The notes beneath the pieces were generated by a model. The model saw nothing but the letters and a program-made list of their open reading frames with translations. It did no database searches and was not told where the DNA came from. A program made the translations under genes and the position numbers. 64,000 nt of DNA from Vicugna vicugna (lineage: Eukaryota): assembly GCA_013265495.1 (NCBI GenBank), contig MU058037.1, positions 559,498 to 623,497 of the forward strand, given 5' to 3'. This document shows positions 22,015-34,449 of this stretch, in pieces. Every line of letters starts with the position of its first letter. Position 1 is the first letter of the stretch.

Positions 22015-22705
22015 TCATTCTTTCATGCATTCATTAGTGTATTAATTCATACCACAAGTTTTACTGCAACACCCACTATCCACTAAACATGTTTTTAGAA
22101 ATTGCAGCTGAAAGAGTGAATGAAAGTCACGTACTCCCCACTGTCATGGTTCTTATAGTTAGGTGCAAAAAAGAAACTTGAACAATCACAGAAATACATT
22201 TATAATGTTAAATTGTGCTAAGTACTAAGAAAGAACTAGTGGAAACTATGGGTATTTAACAGCAGGATCTAATTTTGATTCAAGAGTTAAGCATGCTTTT
22301 GGGGGAGGGTGTAGCTCAAGTGGTAGAGAGCATGTTTAGCATGCTTAGCATGTACGAGGTCCTGGGTTCAATTCCCAGTACCACCTCTAAGAATAAATAA
22401 ACCTAATTATCTCCCCAGTGAAATAATAAATTAAAAAAATTTAAAAGAATGCTTTCAGAAGAATTGATAGAATTAATATTTGAGTCCTAGAAGAGTAGTA
22501 GAATTAGGCAGTGTAGGAGTGTTGGGGAGGAAAAACATTATAAGCAGAGAGAGGAGCATATGTGAAACTCTGAAGAAAGAAAATAAAGGCTGATTCTGGA
22601 GCAGAAAGAAAGCCCATATGTGTGGAACACACTGAGTGATAGGAGTGGTGGGTGCTAAGTGTCGAGGAGAGAGTAGCGCTAGATCAGGGAGGTCCTTAGA
22701 AGAAT
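22015..22705 (-). mobile_element. L2 fragment hosting a SINE
   Basis: cattcatt-type tail, ctgtcatggttcttatagtt, taagcagagagaggagcatatgtgaaactctga. Confidence 0.6.
22301..22444 (+). mobile_element. tRNA-derived SINE (Vic-1 type)
   Basis: gggggagggtgtagctcaagtggtagag, B box gggttcaattccc, aaacctaattatctcccc; TSD aag(c/a)atgcttt at 22289-22299 and 22445-22455; internal short duplication of ttagcatg. Confidence 0.92.
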
Positions 22706-22709
22706 TTTG

Positions 22710-22832
22710 GTCTTGGCTGCACATTGAAATCACTTAGGATTTTATAAAATCCTGCTGTGTGGTTACCTCCTTAGAGATTTTGGTTTGTGGTACAGATTGG
22801 ACATTAGGTTTTTAAAATTTTCCCACTGGTGA
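22710..22832. mobile_element. hAT-Charlie MITE (MER5-like)
   Basis: cttggctgcacattgaaatcacttagga...taggtttttaaaattttccc. Confidence 0.6.
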
Positions 22833-23923
22833 ATATTTTTCCCAACTATAATTTTTCACCTGTTTCCTCAGACGGGAAAAGAACTCACTCCAGTTTTACT
22901 TACTGGAACCCTAAATATTTTTCCCAGGTTCAAGTGCAATCTTTATTTGGAGTATTTTCCTCCTTCTGAGGCTGAAGATACCCTCTTACTTCTCTTTGCC
23001 CTTTCATGTCTTGTTTAGATAAGCATTAAAGAGCATCAGAAACTAACATTCTAATTAACTTTGCAGACAACTTTGAACAGGCTTTCTCACACATCAATTG
23101 CTTTGTTTGTCTTTGCCTCCTTTCCATCCTCCTCCCTGCCCCTCAGAAACTTAGTACAGAGACTTGAATGCAGTAGATATTACGTATGAATTTGTTAAAT
23201 TGAATAGACTACCACCTAAAGAGACGACAAATGCATAAGACAGTACAATATCTCTAAATCTTGGATTTACATTCATGAGGGTGAATAAGCTTACATCCAG
23301 TCACATTACTTGGCTGTCTTTGAGATAAGCACAGGCAAAAGTAATTGTCATTTTTGATTTAGTGTTCTAAGCCAAGGTGAAAAAAGATGGTGTTCTGCAG
23401 GCTCTAAATTTGATCTTACTTTAATGGTTTTATTTTCCATTATAACTTTTTAAAAGTTGGGAATAAACATGCTGAACTCTTCTTTATTCATATTTTTCTG
23501 GTGAACCTACGTCTAAATAGTGTTCATTTGTTTTGAATGTTCCTGGCATCATTTTTAGCTAGTGCCTCTGATCTTTTTCACAACAGAATCCATTTTTATT
23601 TTTTAATTAAGAATTCTGTCTTTGATAGTGAGTTACTGAGAAAGAAATAGATAAAACCTGAACTATCCAGGGGGAGTTTCCCTGGCCTGCTTTGTGGAGA
23701 CAGCCCAACATGAGGCCAGGTTATTAATCGTGCCTTTCTGTGTGGACCTCAATTTCTTATTCTTGATCCTATTGTTGAAGAAAAACAAAATCACTTAAAT
23801 GAAAACTCAGATATTTTATATCAAACATTCTTGCCTGAAAACTAAACATGTATCATTAACTCAATAATCTGTAAGCACAAAGGAAGCGAGGAAGGCAGAA
23901 TAATATTTCCATTCTAAAACTGC

Positions 23924-24496
23924 TGTATCAATCAATTGCAGTCTTTGACTGCAAGTAGAACAGAAATAAACTCAAATTTTGAAAGTAAGGAAATGTTTTA
24001 TTTCATTCATCAAAAAGACATCTCCAGGGTTGGTTAATTCAGAGGCTCAATGACACCTTTAAGAATCACATTTTTCCAGTATCTGTTTTGCCATCTTTCC
24101 TGTTTCAAGGAGGTCCTTAGGCTAATTTCCCTCATAATAGTAAGATGACTGCCACAGTTTCCAGAATCACATCCCAACAATGTCCAGAGAAACATCCTTT
24201 GGCCTTCTTGGGTCTTCTTAAGAAAAGCAAGTATCACTTCCCCCAAAGTTACATTCCCTTTGCCACTTGGAAGACTTCCTCTCACCTTTAATTGACCAGA
24301 ATTATGCAATAAGTTCAAGTCCAAGGCAAAGGAAAGGGTGCTACCACTATGGGGTCATTCCAATCAAGAACCATCTTTAGGGGCTGGTTCCTAAAACGCA
24401 TGGCCCTGTGGAGGAGAGTAGATACTTGAACAAAACTGAGAAAAAATAAAAGAATGAGATCAGATGGAGGAGACCAACTAACAGTGTCTGCTGTAA
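23924..24496 (-). mobile_element. Old MaLR LTR (MLT1K/L-like)
   Basis: gactgcaagtagaacagaa, ggttaattcagaggctcaatgacacc, aagatgactgccacagtttccag, end caactaacagtgtctgctgta. Confidence 0.6.
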
Positions 24497-24814
24497 CTGG
24501 CATGAGGTTCAAGAAATAAAGAACTGTAGACCATTATATTTCTTCTTTAAACCAAGGTTTTAGCATTCAAATCAAAGTCTTTTGAAAGGCTACTTTAAAA
24601 TTGTGTTGATGTCAAAAATGTGAGGAAAAACCTCTTTCAAGAAAAAGCATCTTTGAGATTAGTTTGTTTATTTGTTGTATTAAAAAATTAGAAACTGAGT
24701 CAGCCTAGAGGATTTTGAATAACTAAGCCTTACAAAAAACTTTAACAGTGGCCTCTGGGTTCCTTTCTCTTGTTGTTTTTGGTTTTGGTTTTGGTTTTCA
24801 TAAAAAGAAACCTT

Positions 24815-25050
24815 AGCACTATGGCCATTTTTACACCATGGGTGTCTAGTGTGAAAATGTGATATTGATGATAGATTAGAAGACTGGGGACATGGTGTGG
24901 GTCAGGAGCTGGGGTCAGGGGTCAGGGTTTGAAGTTGGCGTTCAGGTTAAGGAAGATAAGCTGTTAGAGTTCCAGGAATTGACTCAGGCTGGGAAAATTA
25001 GTGAGTCTAAAATCGGGGGAGATCAGGGGAGGGGTTAATTGAATTGTGGA
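24815..25050. repeat. Ancient interspersed repeat with (gggtca)-like G-rich units (possibly MamRep605-like)
   Basis: ggccatttttacaccatgggtgtctagtgtgaaaatg followed by gggtcaggagctggggtcaggggtcagggtttg; family assignment from memory only. Confidence 0.35.
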
Positions 25051-25289
25051 GCTGCAGGAGGGTAGCAGTTCCCACATTTGACAGTTTACTTCTAAGGGGT
25101 TATTGTCAAATAGGCTGATCACTCCGTAAAACACCAGGGTAGAAAAAGCCCTGTTTTCATGCCCAGAGGACAGTGTAGCACATAGTGAGGAGAGGCTTAT
25201 CTATCTGTTTGCACAAGGAATACCAAATAACTGTGATATTCTAGCACCTCAAGTAATTAAGCACACTAGCCCAAATTCCCTTTCTAGAA

Positions 25290-25710
25290 ATGTGTTTAGG
25301 ATCTTTGTACCGATGTTTTTTTTGTGTGTGTTTTTTTTTTACTGTCCTTGTTCAGTTTTGCTATTAAGGTTGTATCTTAACCACATCAAATGATATAATT
25401 AGCTTTCTCTTTTTTAACTCTTTGAAATATTTGTATAAGATAGGAGTTAAGTTTCCTGAATATTCAGTAAAGATTTGCCTGCAAATCATCTGGCTTTGTT
25501 ACGTTTTATGAAATAGGAGTGGATATTTTTCTTTTTTCCCTAAAATTCACTTTCTTAACACATTACCGATATTTGGATATTTTCTACTATTCTTGAGTTA
25601 CTTTTGGCACTTGTAATTTCTAGATTGTTCGTCTATTTCACTTAATTTTTAGAAAGTATTGAGAATATTCTTCATATCAATGTAAGTTTTCAAATGTTTC
25701 ATTGTAGGTT
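25290..25710 (-). mobile_element. Highly degraded L1 ORF2 fragment
   Basis: cagttttgctattaaggttgtatc, ttcagtaaagatttgcctgcaaatcatctggc (antisense of the GPDGFTGEF region). Confidence 0.55.
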
Positions 25711-26104
25711 TATATAAGCCTAATTATTTCTCCAAAGATAAGATAATGAGCCCCAACATAATTGATGAGTAATATAAAACCATACAGTTAAGCTGGAAGT
25801 TGAATCAACATGGATATATTTTGAGAACCAGGGTTGGTATGGTAGATTTTTAGGGGAGGGAGTGTCAAGAACAATACTGAGCAAGACTGAAGCATGTCAT
25901 TATTCAGAAAATGCTACAAATACTGTTTAACACATGGCAGAAGTCCATGGATGGAATAGTAATTTGCACTGTCCACACTTGGCTTCATTTCTTGCAACCC
26001 AAAAGGTGAATTGCAATTTATATTCATTTGAGTAGGAATTTACATGCATTGAAAGAGAGAAGCATTTAAATAGTAATTTGGTACAAAGAAAGTTCATGCT
26101 GAAG

Positions 26105-26220
26105 GTGAGTTGTGTGAGAGCAAGGGTTTTTGTCTTTTTTTATTTCCTATTCTGTTCCCAGAGACTAAAACAGTGCCTGGTACATTGTAGGTGCTCAATA
26201 GCAAGTGTTTGAATGAAGGA
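26105..26220 (+). mobile_element. L2 3' end
   Basis: aaaacagtgcctggtacattgtaggtgctcaatagcaagtgtttgaatgaa. Confidence 0.8.
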
Positions 26221-26377
26221 AAAACTGAAAATCTGATTTAGTCCTCAAGACAATTCTGTGATTATAATAGCATACACTTGCTGTGTGCTTACCCTATATC
26301 TGAAATCATTCTAAGTCTTTACATGTGATAATGTATCTAAATCCTTAGAAATACGAAATTGTATATAATAACCACAA

Positions 26378-27748
26378 TTGTGTCCATCTTTATGGCAGTT
26401 CCATTCTTTTTTGATTACTGTGACTTTGTTATATATTTTAAAATCAGGAAGTTTGATGCTTCCAGTTTTGTTCTTCTTTCCCGAGATTGAATTGATTATA
26501 GTTCCACATGAATTTTAGAACTTTTTTCTATTTTTGCAAAAAATGCCATTGGTTTTTTTATGGGGATTGCACTGAATACGTAGATCACTTTAGGTAGTAT
26601 GGCCATTTTAACACTATAAGTCTTCCAATCCATGAACACGGGATGCCATTTTGTATTTGTATCTTCTTTCATTTCTTTCATCAGTTTTTTGGTAATTTTC
26701 AATATACAAGTCTTTTAACTCCTTAATCAAATTTATTCCTAAGTATTTTATTCTTTTTGGTGCTATTGTAATTGGGATTATTTTCCTAATTTCCTTTCAG
26801 CTAGTTCATAGTTAGTGTAACTAATTTCTTCATGTTGCTTTTGTACCCTGCAACTTTACTGTATTTGTTTATTAGTTCTAACAATTTTTATATGGTGTCT
26901 TTAGGATTTTCTATATATAAGATCATGTCATCTGAAAACAAGAATGATTTTACTACTTCCTTAACAATTTGGTTGCCTTTTATTTCTTTTTCTTGCCTGA
27001 TCGTTCTGGGTAGGACTTTGTTGAATAAAAGTGGTGAAAGTAAGCATCATTGTCTTTGAGAAAAAGCTTTTACTTTTTCACCATTTGTGATGCTAGCTAT
27101 GGGCTTTTCGTATATGACCTTATTATGTTGATGTATTTTTCTTTTATTCCTAATTTTTTTTTAGAGTTTTTATCATGAAAGGTGCTGAATTTTGTCACAC
27201 ACTTTTTCTCCACCTTTTGAGATAGTCATATGATTTTCATCCTTTGTTCTGTTAATGTGATGTATCACATTAATTGATTTTTTGTATTTTGAACCATCCT
27301 TGCATCCAAGGGCCAAATCCCACTTGGTCATGTTGTATGATCCTTTTAATGTGCTGTTGGATTCACTTTGCTAGTATTTTGTTAAAGATTTTTGCATCTG
27401 TATTCACCAGGGATATTTTCCTGTAGTTTTCTTTTCTTTTCTTTCTTTCTTTTTAATAACATTTTTATTGATTTATAATCATTTTACAATGTTGTGTCAA
27501 ATTCCAGTGTTCAGCACAATTTTTCAGTCATACATGGACATATACACACTCAGAGTCACATTTTGTAGTTTTATTTTCTTATGATATCTTTATCTGGCTT
27601 TAGTTTCACAGTAATGCTGGATTCATAAAATGAGTTTGAAAGTATGTTGTCCCCCCTCTTCAGTTTTTTTTTTGAAAAGTTTGAAAAGGATTGGCATTAG
27701 TTCTTCTTTAAATGTTTGTTAGAACTCACTAGTGAAGCTGTTTAGTTT
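26378..27748 (-). mobile_element. L1 (L1MA/MB-age) ORF2 RT segment, inverted relative to the adjacent 3' end
   Basis: Minus ORF 26496-26702 ([25 protein letters not shown]); gatcatgtcatctgaaaaca (antisense F-DD); tgctagtattttgttaaagatttttgcatct. Confidence 0.92.
27439..27563 (-). mobile_element. Young L1 3' end (~125 bp)
   Basis: aacatttttattgatttataatcattttacaatgttgtgtcaaattccagtg; TSD tgtagtttt(c/a)ttttctt at 27422-27438 and 27564-27580. Confidence 0.92.
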
Positions 27749-27749
27749 G

Positions 27750-28237
27750 TACCAGTCATAGAAAGATAAACACTGTATCATTCCACTTATAGTAGGTACT
27801 TAGAGTAGTCAAACTCGTAGAAATAGCAAGTAGAATGGTGGTTGCCAGGGGCTAGGGGGAAGGGAAAATGGAAAATTGTTGTTTAGTGAGTGTACTTTTA
27901 GTTCTGCAAGATGAAAAGATTGGTTTCACAACAATGTGAATGTTCTTTTTTTTAATTAACATTTTTATTGAGTTATAGTCATTTTACAATGTTGTGTCAA
28001 ATTCCAGTGTAGAGCACAATTTTTCAGTTATACATGAACATATATATATATTCATTGTCACATTTTTTTCTCTGTGAGCTACCACAAGATCTTGTATATA
28101 TTTCCCTGTGCTATACAGTATCATCTTGTTTATCTATTCTACAATTTTGAATGTTCTTAATACTACTGAACTATACACTTAAGCCTAGTTAGGATGATAG
28201 CTTTTGTGTTATGCATATTTTACCACAGTTAATTTTT
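27750..28237 (+). mobile_element. L1MB-like 3'UTR, split by a young L1
   Basis: gtagaatggtggttgccaggggctagggggaaggg, tctgcaagatgaaaaga, actactgaactatacacttaa, tattttaccacagtt. Confidence 0.85.
27948..28147 (-). mobile_element. Young L1 3' end (200 bp)
   Basis: Near-identical to 13246-13428; perfect TSD tgaatgttctt at 27937-27947 and 28148-28158. Confidence 0.95.
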
Positions 28238-29819
28238 GAAATATGTATAAATCTACTACGTAGGGGTAGGTAAGATTTCTTTGCAAAATACTGTCTGATG
28301 ATTGAAAAACCAAGGAGTTAAGATACATCACTGTTTTTTTCAAGCTTAAGATAAGTTTTAGGTCTGAAAATTAGTTCAAATATGCACTAGAACTATGCTG
28401 TCTTTATTTTAGCTATGAATTCAGCCTTAATAAACCTGTCCAGTGATACTCCAAGGCATAAACCAATTACTGTTTCCTCTGACACCCAGCTCAGAAGAGT
28501 TTCTGGTTTTGAGTAGAATCCTGTGCATACTGCTAAACTAATCTACTTAGTTGTACATGTGTCTGCCTGTAGAGTTTAATGCCAAGGCTTATCTTCTAGA
28601 TAACTTTGTTTCCTTGGTTCTTAGTATTATGTCAGGCACAGAGCCAGCAGGTAGTCTGTTTACTGAATTCATTGAACAAATACTTATTAAGCATTTAATG
28701 TGTACAATGACCAAGATAAATGCATTTTTAATGTTGCCTTTATTTAGTACTAGTCAAAACTTTACACAGAAAATAATCTGAAGCTTAACCACAGAGTTAT
28801 CATTGACCAACTAGTTTTACTATGTTTTATTCAAAAGATGTTTAATATTTAGTAGAAGATAAAATGGTGATATAGCTTATGAGAATAGAATGCATAATTT
28901 TGGAATTACAGGCCTCTGAAAGATAGAGATACATGTTTTAGACACAAATATTCATCCTGATTTCTTTGAATATATACCATACTTGGTAGTGACAGTTCTT
29001 AAAATTAGACCTGGAAGGTGCCTTTTCTGCCCAGAAAAATGTTTCTGTAACTTGTTTGGCAATTACAAATTCACTCGTGATTGTATTATATTTTACCAAC
29101 TAAAACAAAGAACTAGAGGGTTTATGGTTTGAGTGGTTGAGTCTCTTCTTGGAGAAGCCTAGTAGAATCCCTCTAATGACCCCTGATTAATTTAAATGTA
29201 CACAGTAAGAGATGGTCATGAGAATCATCTGTCCTTATAAGCAGTAGATTAATTATTCTGTTACATGTTTTGACTTAAATTCTCAACTGAATTCAGAGCC
29301 AGGATAGGAACTGGGGATTGCCTATGATAATTTCATTGAATATGTAAGAGGTTAAAAAATGCTTAGAAGCCTGTTTCATACATCATGAAGTTCCTATACC
29401 TTTAACTTTATGAAGTTGACTGATTGTACGGTCTAACCAAATAAACTCAGAGGAAATGGAAAAAAGACATACAAAGTTGGGAGAATGATACTGCATTGAT
29501 TGAAAACATTAGGCAGCTAAAATTATTATAATGGCAGAAAGTGAGTTATTTGGAAGGAAATAAAAGAAATATCCATGGATCTATAATGAGGCAGTGTGTT
29601 CTCTCCCTTTTAGCTACCACCAGGAAAGATTCTGGGACAAGAGTAGTGACTAGAATTATAAACTGAGGCACTAGTACCTGCCTATGATTGCTGGCTTCTT
29701 TCTGTAAGACTGCAGTGGAATGGTTATCTAGGGCTGTGATCATCACGCTACTCCTTCCTTACCCTAAGGAAGAGCTGAAGGCTGCTTAGGCTCTACTTTA
29801 GCCCTGTTACAAATGTTAC

Positions 29820-29936
29820 TACAATGTAAGTTTCAGGTTGATGGAGCCTTTATTTTATTCATTGTTGTGTCTCCAGCACCTGCTACACTCCTGGACACAT
29901 TCTGGGTGCCCAAAAATATTTCTTGAGTGAATTAAT
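29820..29936 (+). mobile_element. L2 3' end
   Basis: tttattcattgttgtgtctccagcacctgctacactcctggacacattctgggtgcccaaaaatatttcttgagtgaatt. Confidence 0.7.
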
Positions 29937-31377
29937 AAACTAACATGGACTCCTTCCTTGTTAGAAGCTCTTTCAAGGGAGGAATACAAATTAACTGGCC
30001 AACATGAGCAAGTGGGAATTCTGGGTGAGAGAATCCAGAGTCATTTAATATTACCTGCAAAAACATAAAAGTGATGGGGCATCCCAGTGGTGGAAAATAC
30101 ATCAGGAACAAGTGTTTTAGAAAGACCTGTTTACTAGGTTGGGGATCATCTAAATTGGTGACTAATGAGAAGAAAAAAGTTTAAAAATCCAGCTTTAAAA
30201 AGTACTTTTTTGGTTTCTTTCATACCTCTAACATGAGTTATGCTTAGTATCATCATCCCAAAGAGAGAATTCTGCTTTCTGCCTCTTTTTCCAAAGTCAA
30301 AAAAGAAAGTCTGTGTATAAATCACAGTAAATCCATATCATGATCTTAATTATGTTGTAAAGGAATCTTATTGCATTCCTAGAAATGATGTGTGTATATG
30401 GTGAGGAAGGAGAGAGTACTCAAATTTCAGTTTTGTTGGCTGGTTCTGTCTGTTGACTCTCTGTATTATTATCCTTAACTGTTTAGTTCCCATCAACTTC
30501 TGTTATAGGACCCCCGTACCTTAATCCCTAGACATGATTTGTGAGTCTAGCCCTGATATAATCTTCACTGTTTATTGCCAAAATGCTAGTCATTTAATGA
30601 TGGTGCTGATATTGGCAAAATAAAATCCATTATAAACAAAATCACTCTACCAGAACCCCATGAGCAACATATGACAAATATAAGTGGAAATAGTGCTTTC
30701 AATACAGTTTTAGAAAAAACCTGTGGTAATTAAACTAGGAGAAAATTGTAATCTATTTATAAATTAGAAGAAACAGTAATATACTTTAGAGATCTACTGA
30801 CTATTTTATTTTTCTCTATTTGTATTTCTGTTACCTTGTTACCTACCACCAGAAATAATGGGGTTTAAGAATATTGGCTTAAACATTTGAGTATGGAAGT
30901 GATAACATATGAACAGAATGATAGAATAGGACTGAATTTGGCTGAAAAGAAAGATTTATATGCAAAAAGAGTAAAAATTAACTCATAGTATTATATTAGA
31001 AGTTGAGGAGATGAATTTACATCATGCAACATGTTTATTTTCTAATGATTACATGTGTCTGATAGTTATTACACATTTAGAAAATAAACTTGAGAAAATC
31101 GAATCAAACCCAAAATGTATTCTCAATACCAATGACTAATCAGGTACATTGATTGGTCCGTTTGATGTTTAGTTCCACAAGTAAATTTTCATAGTGCAAA
31201 AACCAGGCAAAATTGATCCCAGATCTCCTGACTTCCCGTGTAGTGCCCCTTCTAATACCCTGAGTTACTTTACTAAACAAAGTTATCACTTATGATAACT
31301 TCTATAAAAGATAACATTAGAGGATTTCCTTGTCTAGTGAAAACAGCCACAAAAAGCCACTGTAACACAATGCATAA

Positions 31378-31528
31378 TGTACCAGCAGCATCAGTATCCT
31401 CTGGGAGCTTGTTAGAAATGCAAACATCTCATGCTCCACCCCAGACCTACTGAATCAGGCTCTGTATTTAAAAAAAAAAGATGTGCAGGTGACTAATATG
31501 CATATTAAAGCTTGATAAGCAATAGTAT
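31378..31528. mobile_element. hAT-Charlie MITE MER5A-like
   Basis: accagcagcatcagtatcctctgggagcttgttagaaatgcaaa...cccagacctactgaatcag. Confidence 0.85.
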
Positions 31529-31839
31529 AGACAGATACAGGAAGGGCACCCAGTTGAATCTGGCTATGGGTAAGATGTGCAGTAGAGTGAAGGGATGCAC
31601 ATGGCAAGTTCCAGACAGAGAACAACATAGGCAATGGCACAGAAGAATTAAAATATGTGACAAATTCAGAGACTTCAAGATAGTTCAAAGTGGCCATAAC
31701 ATAGGATGCATAGATGAAAATGTGAAAAAGTATTTGTTGATATTTGTTTATACATATACATACAAATTGTCATTAATTTTCATTATTCACAAAGGAATGT
31801 TGGACATTTTATCATTTTGAGCAGTAGTTGGAGGATAAC

Positions 31840-32155
31840 GTATTCATTTATTCAATAAATATTTATTGAATGCCTGTAATATGTCAGGCACTGTTCTAGG
31901 CATATATGATCAGTGTTTAGGAACAAGTAGCATAGACAATAGGTGGGGAAATGTTTCATCAGAGAGAGGAGTTGCAGGATCAGTTGTAGTCCAAGTGAAA
32001 AACAATGAAAGAGCCAAACCAATGACTGAGGAAACAGAGGAATAAATAATAAATTTAAGAGATATTTGAGATACGGACTGACTAAGACTTCTTGACTGAT
32101 CAACTTAGGGGAGAGAGATATCAGGACATTTTGGGTTTCTGGGTTGGATAACGAG
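31840..32155 (-). mobile_element. L2 fragments
   Basis: attcatttattcaataaatatttattgaatgcctgtaatatgtcaggcactgttctagg. Confidence 0.8.
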
Positions 32156-32194
32156 AATCAGTTTATATTTATCTTTTTAAAATAAAATCAAAGG

Positions 32195-32345
32195 TAATAA
32201 TAAATATACTTAACCTAGCACTTATTAATTCCTACTGAGTCAAGAACTGTGTTAAGTGTTCACCTAAATCTCACGGAACAACTTTTGCAGTGAATAAAAA
32301 TGTATTTCCTTTTAACAGATGAAGAAACTAAGGCTCAGGGATGTT
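32195..32345 (-). mobile_element. MIR
   Basis: ttttaacagatgaagaaactaaggctcaggga (MIR core). Confidence 0.7.
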
Positions 32346-32384
32346 CTTTAAGTTACCAACCTAAAAAAAAAGGAAACCAATGCA

Positions 32385-32775
32385 AAGCTAAACATAATCT
32401 TATGATGCAATTTAACAACCATACCTCCAGATATTTACCCAACTGATGTAAAAATTTTTATCCACACAAAAACCTGCACATAAATATTTATAGCAGCTTT
32501 ATTCATAATCACCCAAAGCCGAAAGCAACCAAGATACCCTTCAACAGGTGAATGGATAAACAAACCATGGTTTATTCATACAATTCAATAATATTCAGTG
32601 ATAAAAAGGAATGAGCCATCAAGCCAAACAAAGACATGGATGATCCTTAATTGCATATTGCTGAGTGAAAGAAGATAATCTGAAAAGGCTACATACTGTC
32701 TGATTCCATTTATATGACATTCTGGGAAAGACAAAACTATAGAGACAGTAAACTAATCAGTGATTACCAGAGATT
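32385..32775 (+). mobile_element. L1MB/MC-type ORF2 end and 3'UTR fragment
   Basis: tatccacacaaaaacctgcaca...tatagcagctttattcataat...ccttcaacaggtgaatggataaacaaac...tgattccatttatatgacattctgg. Confidence 0.85.
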
Positions 32776-33109
32776 TTGCAACCGCCTCTCAGTGAGGTTT
32801 GTTGTTGTTGGTTTTTTTTTTTCCAGAATGGCTTCACTTGAACAATTTTAATACTTTATTCTCGTATCAATTCCCCTAACTCACTTATAAGGTTACACTT
32901 ATTTCAGCACTCTCTAACAATAGGCCTCACCAATAAATAAGTAGGCCATTTAACAGGCACTTGAGCATGGTGGAAAACATAGAAATGATACCAATTTCTA
33001 TCTCTCATCACCCCTTTCTTCACTTCTCCCACTCTTGACTCCTAAGTGAAGGAATCTCATGTGTGTTTCTCCCCGGAGCAGCTGTGGATTGGTGTAGGTA
33101 GATTCACTA

Positions 33110-33290
33110 CCCAGGGCTCCTCCTCAGTTATGGCTAAGCTGTTTGTACTAGCTGAGGAGTTACTTAATCTCCACAAAATAGAGATAACAGTAGTAGTTAC
33201 TTGATTTTTTGATGCAGAATAAATAAGTTAGTATATGTGCAACCTTTAGCATAGTACCTAGTATAGTGTAAGCACTCAAGGTATATTAAC
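33110..33290 (+). mobile_element. MIR
   Basis: gttacttaatctccacaaaatagagataacagtag...ttagcatagtacctagtatagtgtaagcactcaa. Confidence 0.65.
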
Positions 33291-33292
33291 TA

Positions 33293-34167
33293 TAATAGTC
33301 CTCCCTTATCCATGGTTTCACTGTCAGCTTCAGTTACCCATGGTCAATCACAGTCTAAAATATTAAATGGAAAATTTCAGAAATAAACATTCATAAGTTT
33401 TAAATTGCGTGCCATTCTGAGTAATGTAATGAAATCATGTGCCTTCCTGCTCAGTTGTACCCAAGATGTGAATCATCCCTTTGTCCAGTGTATCCCACCT
33501 GTTAGTCACTTAGTAGTTATCTCAATTGCCATACTGTTGTGATACTGGTATGAATACCATGGTGCTTGTATTCAGGTAACCCTAATTTTACTTTAAAGTG
33601 GCCCCAAGGTGCAAGAGATCTGATGCTGGCAATTTGGATATGCCAAAGAGAAGAAGTAAAGTTCTCCCTTTAAATGAAAAGGTGAAAGTTCTCAACTTAA
33701 TAAGGAAAGAAAAAAATCATATGAGGAGCTTTCTAAGATCTATAGTAAGAACAAATCTTCTATCTATGAAAATGTGAAGAAATAAAAAGTAATTTGTACT
33801 AGTTTTGCTGTCACACCTCTAACTGCAAAAGTTATGGCCATAGTGTAGGGTAAGTGCTTAGGATGGAAATGGCATTAAATTCTTACAATTAGATTTTTGA
33901 CAGAGAGATAGATCATATGTACAAACTTTTATTATAGCACTCTCTAACACTTAGAGTATATTGTTATAGTTTATTGTTAGTAATTGTACTATTTATTTAT
34001 TGTTGTTAATCCCTTACTTTGCCTAATTTATGAATTAAACTTTATTACAGGTATGTATATATGTAGGAATATATATATATATATGGTTCAGTACTATCTG
34101 TGGTTTCAGGTATCTACTGGGGGAGGGTCTTGGAACATATACCCTATGGATAATGGGGGGACTGCTG
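33293..34167 (+). mobile_element. TcMar-Tigger7/MER44 internally deleted DNA transposon with transposase N-terminal remnant
   Basis: TIRs tagtcctcccttatccatgg / ctatggataatggggggactgctg flanked by TA; 33598-33715 translates VAPRCKRSDAGNLDMPKRRSKVLPLNEKVKVLNLIRKEK (CENP-B/psq-type HTH start). Confidence 0.9.
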
Positions 34168-34174
34168 TATTACC

Positions 34175-34275
34175 AAAAATCATCAATTCCAAAATGCACA
34201 TTTTATCACATTTTGACTTCTCTAAAATTGGGAAATATTTTATAATTCCTGGCATCTTAGAGTCAAAGCATTGTG
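34175..34275. mobile_element. TcMar-Tc2 MITE (MER104-like)
   Basis: catcaattccaaaatgcacattttatcacattttgacttctctaaaattggg...ggcatcttagagtcaa. Confidence 0.55.
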
Positions 34276-34449
34276 TTAAAAACTGAACATTGTTCTTCTA
34301 ATTTTTTTAACGTATGAGTCTGAAGCAGGGAGGGTCCTACAAACAAGCCAATACCTAACTCAGTTTTAATTTTCTCTCCTCCATTCCTGCTCTACTCTTG
34401 CCAAGCTTAGGCAGTCATTAAATGAGAAATGTATTCACCACAAATGAAA

